64,000 bases of DNA from Podarcis gaigeae (lineage: Eukaryota), in the NCBI GenBank assembly GCA_964106915.2, contig OZ066915.1. The stretch is one strand, 5' to 3'. Positions within the stretch are counted from its first letter, which is position 1; each line of letters begins with the position of its first letter. Both the position numbers and the translations under genes were made by a program. The notes beneath the pieces are model-generated. The model had not been told where the DNA came from, did no database searches, and saw only the letters and a list, made by a program, of their open reading frames with translations. Shown here piece after piece: positions 1-12,200 of this stretch.

Positions 1-28
1 AGCTTTCGATACAACATGATCCACTGAC

Positions 29-235
29 CTTGAAGTCAAAAGAGATGGTGTCTATGGATATGATAGACTTTCTGGCAAAGTTCTGCAGTGTCCCTGTTAG
101 AAAAGCCTGTGGGAAGAAGAAGCCGCTTATCCAGAACACAGGTGGGATCCCTTTTTCAATCCATCTCTGCAAGAAGTCAATGCGCAGCAGCAGGTCGTTC
201 ACCCAGGAGGCCAAGGGCTTCAAGGAGGGATAGGC
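29..235 (-). CDS. DNAH1: DNAH1 exon (C-terminal domain)
   Basis: [11 protein letters not shown]...[23 protein letters not shown]...SFDFK; AG/GT boundaries. Confidence 0.93.
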
Positions 236-3200
236 CTGTGGGAAGAATGGTGTTCGAAGAAGGGGCTGTTAAGTTTCTGTAAGTCCCAGTCCTTTGAATT
301 GCTATGAGGCAAACCTTTTAAATGCAAATTAAAATTAACTCTACTTGGTCAGCCAGTAATCTATGGTGCTAAATTTCTACAATGTAAGCAAGAAAAAGTG
401 TTTTTTAAGGTTTGGCTTCATCTGTACATCTGTGAAGTTTCAGTCTGGCTTGGCGTTCCTTATGAAAAAACTGACCAGTCATAGCAGCTAAGTAGTGTTA
501 GAGGTGTTTCTCCCATTTTGCAAAACAACCTGCTGCACTGCTGCAACTACCAAAAACTGTGCATAGCACTCAGAAGTACCTTACTATTCCACATCTCCGG
601 GACAATATTGTTGTATAAACTGATGGACATCAGTTCCAGCTGGGATGACATCACCACTAGGCCTTTGAGAGCTTTCAGCAGATCTTTTAAACTCGCTGCA
701 ATGACTGCCAGCAGACGATTGTATCTGTGCAAAATCAAGGCAGGTATTCTTGTTAAAAAAAAAAAGCAAACTAATCCAATGCTGTGATTTTAATAACATC
801 TGTGAGCATATATGACTGCACTATTGTGTAAACTTGGGGATATCATGTTTAATTTATATGCTGGTTTTCAACAAAATTCTCAACCTTATATCATATGCAG
901 CTCTGTAAAGGCTGTTTAAATTCATTTTCAGCGTAACTAGGTATTAATATGTCTGAAATAAGAATTGTGGGCAGGGGAGGGGGTATTTGTTTCTTTCCAC
1001 ATTTCAATGCCAGAAAAGTTATAAATAGTTCAGTTTTCATAACCTTAAGCTGAAACACAAATTTATGTGCTGTGAGGGTAATGTAAATGGGGTTTGTCCT
1101 CAAATGCCCAAATAGGTGGAGAAAGGCAGCTCCTGCCTCATTTACCTGCCTGCAGATCTATTGTACCCACCTGCTCTCCCTAGCAGTTGCTCCTCTACTA
1201 GTTTCAGTTTACTAAACTGTAAACTCTGAGAGGCACCTGCAGAGGAGTCTTGCAAAGAGCTGGGTTAAAGTAAGACTTGTACCTGATCACTTCCTGCGCC
1301 AAAACAGTGTTCATGGACTCCTCATACAGTACAGGATATCTCAACATTACTCTCTGCAAGTCAATGGGCTGAGGCACTTTCTCCAATATATCTTTTGAGG
1401 TCTCCTCCACAATCTAGAAAATGGATGGAAAAGACGTGGAAGGAACAGTTCGTGGGTGGAGAACTTCACAATAGCTTATTTAAACTGGGTGAGAGAAGAC
1501 TCGTGTCTAAGATGAAAATTAAATTGTTTCTACTCTGTAATTTGTTTCTGCTCTCACATTACATATGCAATTTATACTGCAGCCAGGCTGTAAGGTCACC
1601 TAACTTTTAAGGTGGGTGCCTTTGCTCCCTTGAGATGTCTACTGTAAGACAGGTAGAGATCTTCACATAGCAAAGTAGTTCTGTAATGAGGACAACGCTA
1701 TTCATTTTTTTTAAAAAAAAATATTCTGACCCTTCGCAATTCAAATTCTGTACAAAAAAGTGCTGAATTCTGTGATCTGTAGAAATTATGCACATTAAGT
1801 GCTGCTGAATATTCTTTATTTTGCATAACATTCTGCATGATTTTTAGTCATGGCCAAGAGCTGTCACTGCCCACTAGAACTCTTATTCTACTTCCTTCCT
1901 GAGACATTGCCCAAACACTTTTCAGGTTATCTTCTCAGCCATAAGGACAAGAAATGTTTTTTGTTTTAAAATGAAAGGGAAGATTCTCAGGGAGCTGAAC
2001 TGTGCCCATTGTGGCATTCTGAGCCATTTCTGTTCTGCCTCTTGGTATACAGGCAGCTCTTTCTATTAAAGAGTATTTCTGGGCGGGGGTATGCACTAAG
2101 TTCATATTCCATTAGGGTAGCAGGTTTACAGACCTCTTCCCTGCTCCGCCCTCCTGCCGTTGATGTCTTTGGCTGAAGTTGAATAATGGCCCCAAGTAGT
2201 GCAAAAGTCTCATTCTGAGCAAAGGTGATGTTAGCATTGTCATGCAATCCAAATATCTCAGGCATGTCATTGAGGGGAAGGCTCTTGATGTACTGGATGT
2301 ATCCCTATGGGGGGAAATCAACATGCAGAACAATGCGGAGGAATTTCTTTAAGAAAGACCAAAAGTAAACTACTGAAAGAAAGGGCGAAACGGTTCCAAC
2401 AGTTATAAAAGAACACATTCTAATACGATTGTTCACCTACCAAGTTGTGCTTATGAATTATTATGTGTTTGCCTGGTTAACCTGTCACTCAGGGTTTCAA
2501 CCAAAATTTGTATTTTGGAATAACTGTTACAACCCCTGCAACAGCATCGTGCATTTTGTTTCAGGAACAGACTCATCTGTGAGAGATCTTCCCAAATCTG
2601 ATACAGACTCTTAGAAAAGTGGTTCACTTTTGAATCAACCAGGCACATACAGAATAACACACTCAAGACTAGTATAGGTTTAATTCTTTCTATAGTGCAG
2701 TGTGTTTGCCTACTAGTTTACGCAACTTACATTAAGGTCATAAGTGGTACTAATCTGTTTGTAGACACCAGATTCTGAGTAAGAAAACTCTGGATTGAGA
2801 ACATCTGGGTTGTAGAAATCTTCCAAAATATTCATGATGCAGCGCCTGTCCCAGTCATCCGTCACCCGGCCTCCATAGTTAATCTCACCTGCTGTGTACT
2901 TCAAAACCTACAAAAGGACAAGGGCATAGAAATGGCAGAGGAGGCTGTGGCTTGGGTACAAGAGGAGAACAATTTGGGGCACTTTGCCAGCCCTCTTTTT
3001 CCATGCCAGAAGCCACTCTGAAGAACTGAAACACTCTGCAGGGAAAGAGCACCCATGCCAGAGATCACCTAGCTATGCATGAGTGCAAGTGCCTTCTGTC
3101 ATGCACAGGGACTTTCAGATCCAAGTCTCCACCATCTACTTACACACGTCAATAATTTTTTTTTCTGGCTGGTTCAGCTACAGCATTAAAACAAGCACAA

Positions 3201-6200
3201 GCTTGGATTGGCTTGCCTCAACTACTCCAAACACATGGTGTCTGATGTTTTAATTTGTTGGAAGCCGCCCAGAGTGGCTGGGACAACCCAGTCAGATGGG
3301 TGACATATAAATAAGACATCATCATCTTTGTTGTTGTTATTAATATTAGACAGGGAAATAAGGGTACACCATGCTGAATGCAAGAAATGGATTTACAGTT
3401 AACAAGCATGGTAGCAATGGCTAAGAGGGTGCAGAAGGTTTGACAGTGGCTGGGAAGGCATGGCTAGATGGGCACAGTTTAATGTTGTTGTTGACAAAAA
3501 CTGACTATTGATGAAGGCTGTGCAAAGGCAGATTATTTGGACCAGTCCAAATGAACCCAGTTTAAATATTTTGAGTAATTTAAACTGTACACACTATTCA
3601 GGCCCACTGCTTGGAGACAGATAATCCTGTCGCATCAGAGCATGTGGCAAGAGGGGCCTTAAGTATATTTTGCTGCAGCTGCTGTGTTGCGTTATGCTAC
3701 TGCTTCTCCAGAGAACTGAGGAGAAATGGTGAATACGTTCCGCCAAACGTGGAACTTCAGGCTGTTTAGCAGTATTTCCAATAAGGCTAGAAGCACTATC
3801 TGACCCACTCCCCAAGTATTAGGTCACCTACATAATCCGTCTTCCTGGGAGGATTTTATTCCTTCACACACATTTTCTCACACCCCAGATATCACCCTTG
3901 GCATGCACCACTCTCCTACTTTGTAAGGGATGTTTTCATATTCATCCAGAAACATCTTCAGCTGGCTGATGCAGATGCGCAGATCTCCGTCTGTGAACTC
4001 ATAAGGAATGTTGAACCCCAGTGGCCCAAACTTCCTCCTTTCCAGTGCATTCCCATGGAAGAGGCAAAGCGAGAGGAGCAAGGATTTGAACTCCGTAAGC
4101 TGCAAGATGCAGAAATAATGAGGACGTGCATTGAGAAAAGGGTCCTAAGTGTCACAGGATAAGATGCTGCTACAACATTTCCATTAACAGTTGCTTCTAA
4201 TGAGCAAGAAAGGCATGCACCCCCCCCCCCAAAATCTGGCTGTACACCACTGTAACGTGGTACCCTTTGTGCAAAGAGGCACAGTAGCAGTGGAGAGGAA
4301 CAGGGACTGATTCAGAAGCTTATGGTAACCAATCCCTTGGCAGGAGAAAGTTGGAAAATGGGACCTCTTGCCTTGGTACAGGAGTTCAGAAAGTCATTGT
4401 TCAGGCTTAAGTAAGATTTCAGAAGATTAGCCTTTACTCCCCGTGGTGGCTCAATGGTCATCTTAGATCCGTTCTGGAGGATGGACACTGGAAATTTGTT
4501 ACTAGGCAGACTGGTGAGCCAAAGTCTGAAGTCCCGGTGCACCTAGGCAATTGAAATATGAGCCATGTATAACCTGAAAGAGTTCTGTTTTACTTTTTAG
4601 AAACACCTTTATACGGAAGAGTCTTTTCTCACTCCCATTAGAGAAGTGTTCCTCCATCACAAAGAGACCAGCAAATATATTTCTCATAGGAGGGAACAGT
4701 CAACGTTTCTCCTAAGATATCCTGCTTACTCCTGTGAGCTTTCAAAGACATCCTGCAATAAGAATGTGTAAGGAGAACATCAAGAGAAAGTGACACTTGC
4801 CGCGAGTTCCTTTGCAGAAGCAAAAAAATGCTCACTGGAGATTCTATTTCATCTTATTATCTTGCTCCCATATGGAGCCTCAAGATTCTGCAACTAATCT
4901 CTACCTCCTCCACCTTTTTTGCCCAGCTTCTTGTTGGCAGCATAAGAATGCTCTGCAAAGAAAGTAGAAAACTCTAGAAAGATTGTGCCTAACTACTGCT
5001 GTCCCATCACTTTAACAATTTTTCTACAGCTACCTATAAACATTTACATAAGGATCCAGGGAGAAACTTTATGGCTTCTGCTGAAAATGCACAGGGAAGC
5101 AAAAGCTGAAGTCCATCTGTGTGTCACCTTGTCAGGGTTGATGCCTTCAATGAGTCGTTCCAAAGAAGGCATCCAGCTTGGAGCCAGGTGGCAATTCTGG
5201 AAGAAGACCCACTTCCCACGCTCCATAGCACTGCGCATCATGGCTTCTGCGCGGGGACCCTAAGAAGCAACACAGAATGACACAGTTAGCCACAGGTCAC
5301 TCAGGGTGGCTGTACTATGTCAGCAGGGAATTAGGGAAGGCAGAAAAACTAAGAAAGCTGAAAAAACTAAGAAAACTAAGAAAGCCAGGTGGGTGGACTA
5401 AAAGGGAGTTGTTAGGCACCACCAATCAGCTGATTGTCAGGGCTTGCATAACACTGTGCTCTAAAACCCTGGTGCCCATTGGGCCTTTTGTGTGCAGTGC
5501 CACACGAAAAAGGTCACCTGACAATGTGGCACCAGGTGATTGACAGGTGAGGTGGGGGATATAAGGATTTGGGCTGTCAGTTGGATCCAGTTCCCCACCC
5601 CTGACTTAGGGGCGTGAAGGTCACTTAGAGCGTTGTAGGCTCTCAAAGTCCATGTCTGCCTGCAGGAGACACCCATACAAGATGTAAGAAGGAATACTGC
5701 AGGACAGCAAACATGATTAAGAGTTTCACAACACTAACAAATTTATTATGTCATCAGCTTTTGTGGATCAGAGTCCACAAGTGTCATTACCCAGAATTCC
5801 TGAAAGCAGGAAAGTGTGTGAAACAGGTTTGCAGTATTTTGTAGTGGGTGCTGGAAGAGCTGAATTCAGCTCCCCCCAGGTGAAACCTTGTACTTAGACA
5901 TGAAAACTCAGTGGTGGACTTGAACACATCCACTGCTCTTATATTTAGTTATCCACTCAAAGATAGTAATGGCAGGAATCTACTTCCAAAGTTCTTTGGA
6001 AAAGAACTACAGAGCAATTAATGAGGATCAGCCATGTTTTAAGGGATGTGCAGCACTATAGCACTGGAAACTTACTTGTCCCTGTCCAAGAGAAATTGCA
6101 GATAGTTTCTTAGAAAACTTCATTTCTTCAGCAAATTTATAGAGATCAGCAGCTGGGTCTGTGCCGGGAGAGAGGACGAAGATAAGAGGGGTAGTAGCGG

Positions 6201-9200
6201 CAGATTCCTTAAACACCACAGAGAGGTTTGCAGTCTGAAATGTGAATAAAGGCGGAATTTTTCTATTAAGCACTGGTAGTAGACAACGGAGAAGATATTT
6301 GCTCAGAGTCAGTGCACAGCGTTTCCCCGTCTTATGCTTTGCTATCTAGTGTTGGGAATAAGGCCATGGCTAGACTTGAGAACAAAGGCGGCAGGATGAG
6401 ACAGTATGAGGTGATGGTTTTGCCAAACATCTATCTGCTCATCCTTCCTACCACCCACGCTCAACTGCTGGTAGCTACCTGAGGCTCAATGAAGGTCTGC
6501 CCCAAGTTGGCAGCCACAAAGTCCTGCATTGCATTGGTGACTTTGTCCCCTCGCAGGCAACGGAGGACCAGCAACTTCTGGAAGGCATCTAACTTGGCGT
6601 CCCACAGGCCAGGCAGATGCTCCCTGCAAGAGAGGAAAGGGCTGTGTCAGGTTTTCACATTTCACACTGAAAATGTAACAGGCATAGGGCAAGACGACAG
6701 GCTTCTCAGAGTGGATTTCGTGTGGTAACTATAATGGGATCAATCTTTGTGACAGATCACTTGATGGCTGTGCTCTAGCTCCACTGCTGGAGGCAATATG
6801 CCTCCATACACCAGATTCTAGGAATCGTAGGTGAGCAGAATGCTGTTACACTCCGGTCCTGCTCAGGAGTTTCCATAGCATCTGGTTGGCCACTGTGAGA
6901 ACAGGATGCTGGACTAGCTGGGCCTTTGGCCTGAGCCAGCAGGGCTCTTCTGATGTTTTTAAGGGGCTGGCAAGGTCAGTAACAAATCTCTAGCCATTTT
7001 CTGGGCAGAATTACCACTGGCAAGCAGTGGGGGTGAGGCATGGGGAAGGGGGGGGGGCACAGCCAAACAAAAAACAGTACAGGACCTACAACCCTACTGG
7101 AAACTGAAGAGGAAATGTCACCTGTGAGGCTCTGCGCTGTCAAAAATTGCTCGGAAACCATTCAGATTTGCCACAAAATCATCTGCAAAGCTGGAAAAAT
7201 TGTGTAGGTTGGTCAAGGCCAAGATATCATTCCATGCTCTTTCATATAACCATGCAGGAGCTGGATTATCCCGCATGGTCTTAACTGCACCACCAGAAAT
7301 TAGGTATCGCCATTCATCCTGAATGTAAGAAAATCACAAATAATAAGACAGGAAGAATTAGACTTTCTGCTTGTGAAATTTCCTTCCATGAACCATGGCC
7401 AGAAGTGCCAATGTATGGAGGTGTTCACCTCTCTGGCCCACAGATGGCAGGCTTGTCAAAATGTTTGCAGACTCTTGACGAGGGACCAGTCAGCATGATA
7501 AATTGTCGGGCAGGGCAACCATCACTTCCATAAGGTATGTTTGTGAGGACAGTTCTGCACTGGTCACAGGTTTAAGAACAAAGGTATGTAATACTGCTCC
7601 CCCTTCCCAGAAACGTAACTTTCGGTGACACTACTTAAGTTTGTTAAGGATGCTGGGATTTGTAGTTCTACAGTTCCCAGTATTCTTTTTTTTGGGGGGG
7701 GGGGGAGGCCATGTGCTTTAAATGTGTGTTGGATGTGCCTTAGTGTATGGAATGGATTTGCCCCAGGAATATATGTCTGGAAGCACACCGTAGCAGTAGC
7801 TCTACAAGTTGCAACTGCTGTGGGGAACACAAACATTACATGGATGTTTTCTGCAGCAAACAGATGCTCCTCTGCTAAGGTAAAGGGAACTGGGTGCTTG
7901 TCACTTCTCTTTTCCATCTGAAACAGCCTCCCATATCCCTTCCCAAGGGTCACCCAGCCACCTCACCCCTTATAATAGATTTTCAGGAAGTTCATGGAGC
8001 TGCAGAGGGAAAGGGAAGGTGGGAATGCCTCATTCCATGAATTCTGTTCCATTCACAGAAAGAGAGATAGGATCAAGTTAGCAGGTNNNNNNNNNNNNNN
8101 NNNNNNNNNNNNNNNNNNNNNNNNNNNNNNNNNNNNNNNNNNNNNNNNNNNNNNNNNNNNNNNNNNNNNNNNNNNNNNNNNNNNNNNNNNNNNNNNNNNN
8201 NNNNNNNNNNNNNNNNNNNNNNNNNNNNNNNNNNNCAGATGCCTGTATCTGAACATTCTGTGCCACCAGTGAAACACAGGGTGGTGCCTTCAACCAATTT
8301 TAATAGGTGATGCTGCATTTTATCAATGGGCTATGCTTTAAGACATGTTTGTTGTACACTGTGTAGTTACATGCTTTGAAAAGCAGTCTCATAGCAGTTC
8401 ATGATTGTACAGATACTTGCTTAAAAGGGTCCGAGGACATAGTTTCACTGACCATGTCTATTTTCCCTTCATTCATCATGATCCGGATACAGACCAGAAA
8501 CGCAAACATGAGCTTATGCTTCTCAAAGAGGCTCCGACACACATTGCTGTAGAGGCTGAAGGTGAGGTACTTATTGATATTTGCTATTCGCTTCTTTAGG
8601 GTGTCTGAAAATAAGAAATCACAAAATAACAATGCAGACAGTGAGTAGGAGGAAATGACCCACAATATTGCCATACACTTTAGCACTGTGTTCATTATTC
8701 AAGAGGACTTAGGCCCGCACTAGTGAGCCAGAAAAACTTCTCATGCCTCCTGTCTGGTGCTGGCATACTGAACACTGCCTGAAGAAATAAAAACTGCTAG
8801 GATGGCTGAAGGCCATTTAAAAGCCAAGTGCTTTGCACTGATAAGGATACCAAGTTAAAAGCTAGTGCTTTAAAATAATTCTCTCATACAGAGCTTGACA
8901 GTAGAACAATTTAGATATGGTGAGGGAAGGGCAGACGGCATCAGGAACACCCGCATCCTTGGATTACATACTAGTTCTACAACATAAATGGCTGAATGTT
9001 GCTACCAGCATCACCTGAAATGATGACCATCTATAGATTCAGTAAAGTGGATTTTTTTCCTGAACCCCATACAGAAATAATCTAGGATCAAGCTGAAGTT
9101 CATTGTGATTCTGTAACTCTGGCAATAAACTAGTAGGGGCTGATTATGATCCATAATGAGTAGATGTACTCTTAAAAGGTTTGTGTGCCAATTTTATTCC

Positions 9201-12200
9201 AGCACTGAGCTGTACTGGATACTGAAGTGCAAGGATGAACAAATCTCCAGTCCTTCAAAAGTCTGAACATCTTCCAGAAGAACTGCAAGACCACCTATTA
9301 ATTTTGGGATGGCTTGTAACAAACATAACGGGATATAGCATTTGGGATACCAATACATTACATTTTTACTTAGCTGAGGTTACTATCCTAAGGCTAACAA
9401 CTTTACTATGCAAACATAATACTTTAGAAACTCTGAACATTCGGACTATGAAATTGTTGTTTTAGTGTTGATCAGAGTATGGCCCCTTCCAACTCTACAA
9501 TTCTATAGTTCTAAGTGAGACACTGAGGGGTTTGGGATGGGATTCTCTTCACACACAGCACATTATCAGAGGTACCTGCTCTCTCAGCATTTGCAATTCC
9601 TGTCAGAAATATGTTGAGGAACCATTCCAATGAATACTGGTACATGGGATCGACATTGGCCAAGTCTGAGACACAGAAGAAGAGGATCTGGGTGCGGACA
9701 GCCACAGGCACATACTCCAGCCGGGTGATGTCAATATCCTTCTCTGTCTGTTCAGCTACCTTCACTTTGGCCTGCAGGAGATTCAAGACCGAGACAAAAT
9801 GCACCATTCCATATTAAGTCAAAACAAACAGCTGACAGGGTGTGGTGGAAGTGCAGATTAGTCACCAACCTGAATCTCCCCTGCTTTTAGCTTGGATGCC
9901 TCCAACACTTTGATAAGCTCCAGATCATCAACAGGGTTCCCCTCAGAAGAGCTCAAGCGGTACAGGATCTGATCTTCTATCTCCTTCAGCTCCTGTCGCA
10001 TCTTGGCATTACTGACAATCAATTGGTTCTTGGCCTCTTCCAAGTCAGGCCGCTCTTCAGCTACCACTTGGCCTAGCAGCTGATCCTCTAAGCCACTGTA
10101 AAACGAATAGAAGTAACCACACATATTGCAATTTGAACAACAAAGGGTCATATTGAATCTTCATGTTCTATTAGAGCTTGGTTTCAGACTTTCCCCAGCT
10201 GCAAACTGCCTGCCTAGCAGGGCTCAAATTCACAGTTCCATCTATCAAGATTGATGGGATGCAACCTCTGTCTCAGAACTACAGGTGGGGAAAAGCAGCT
10301 GACATGATTAAGCCCAAGGAGAGTATCAGAACACTTGCTGGCATCAGCAATGAAAAGTAGAGCTGGTGTTACCTGGGGGATAGGGTGAAGTTAATCAGCG
10401 TAAGCTTGGTGGACAGCTCTGGTGTGTAGTGGGGATTAGGTAGGTTGGTGGTGATGTACATCTTGAAGTCCTCATGGTATGGAATGATTGTGTCTCCCAG
10501 CTTCAGCACTGTGCTACCTTGCTGCTTATAGGTCTGTATATCAGGAAAACAAGTAAAAAGAAGAAGCAACAAACATCTGTGCAAACAAAAGAGACACAAT
10601 TCTGTAACACATAGTAACACAACTTTCATAGCCAACTCTGTCCAACAAATTCATGTTATTGAGAGTGTACAGATAGTGTGGCTTGGGATGGGCAAAAGTA
10701 GGTGGTAATGGTGAGGCCAGAATGGAATTTTGCAGAATTTCTGGGCTAGTATCAGTCTACAACCAGAAGACAAATTTGCACGTCTCGGCATCAAAGCTGC
10801 TTCCTAGTCCCAGTTGGTCCAGCACATCAACACATATTAACAAGCATTTCTCTTTCCTTCATTTTATGGATGATAACAGGGGAACAGCAGCTAATAGAGG
10901 CAAAACCAGCTGTCAGGGGAAGAAGTAAGCCTTCTCCACCCAAAGCTTCTCAACTACAAATCTGCACCTTTGTTACCCCAATTCACACAGAAGATGCCAG
11001 TTCTTAAAGATGAAAGGCATTCCAACATTAGAGTAGCCCCTTCACTCAGTGCTGACAGCAGAAAAGTTGTCAGTGCCTGCTAATACTTTATCAAACAGGC
11101 ATAGACAAATCAGAGGCACCTGTTTTAGCAGGACAGGTTCAAGGGCCGGATCCAGTTCTTCACCAACATTCTCCAGTAGGAACGGCTTTCCAAAACGAAT
11201 GGCATTCTCCAAGCTGCGCAGGAAGTCCCGATCACTGAGCTTAGATGTATCTAACCCACTATCTCTCTCCTGAAAAACAGAGAAGGTGCAGACAAACTCA
11301 GTACAGGTGATAAGTGGGGTCCTGCTTGTGTGAATGTGGAACAACAAATGGAAAATTGATTAAAAGAAACATGGGGTGGGGGTGGAGAAATCTTGAGTAT
11401 AAGAATCCACTTTGTTAATAAATTGAACACAGCGAACACCCAGACCTGCGACTCTCCAATGTGTGAAAGCAACCAAAAGGAACACTTGTGTGATAACCAC
11501 TTTCACTGCTCCTATTTCTTCATGATAACAGTTCAATGCCCCGTTCTGCTTTTGCTTTTTGATCACGGTTTTTCACATTGCAAAATCAATACTCAGAATT
11601 GGCAGCTGAACCTTGAAACCCATGAAGTTTGGTTTTCTGCTTTAAAATTCTTAAACCATATTTCCATATTTCCATATTTCCTGAAGGAAAGAGCAGATTT
11701 TTAAAAAAATAGTAATAATAAGATAATCAGAAGATTCAGATAACAAGGGTGTATATTTTCTTACATTTGCATTTATAGTTTGCAAACTGGGAATTTTAAC
11801 AGTGAGGTGTAAACAACATGCCTTTATAGGAACAGAACTTCAATCTCAGAGATAGGATGGGGTATCAAATCCCCTGGTACCACTGAACTGGATTAATGAC
11901 TTTGCAGAAGCAGAAGCCCTTACCAAGTTTTTTATCCATTTGTTGGCTTGTCCCTGGGGGTCTATGAAGAGAGTCCAGCGCTGAGAGAACTGAGTTATCA
12001 TTCCATTCTCCACAGACAAGGTATCATTGGGTAGACCTGCAATCTGAATAAGAACACATCATTTTAACAGTAAACACAAATTCTGCGTACTCTGCCCCTA
12101 AACAAAACTGCACTGGCAATAACATACCGTATTTTTCGCCCTATAGGACGCACCATCCCATAAGGCGCACCTAGTTTTTTGGGGGGGAAATAAAGGGGGG

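Noticed and set aside
5341-5385. Short tandem AGAAAA(A)CTA-type repeats (also purine-rich repeats at about 61085-61127)
   Set aside because: Simple slippage repeats with no unique spacers; not CRISPR-like or coding.
7994-8318. ORFs spanning the N run
   Set aside because: Artefacts of the assembly gap.
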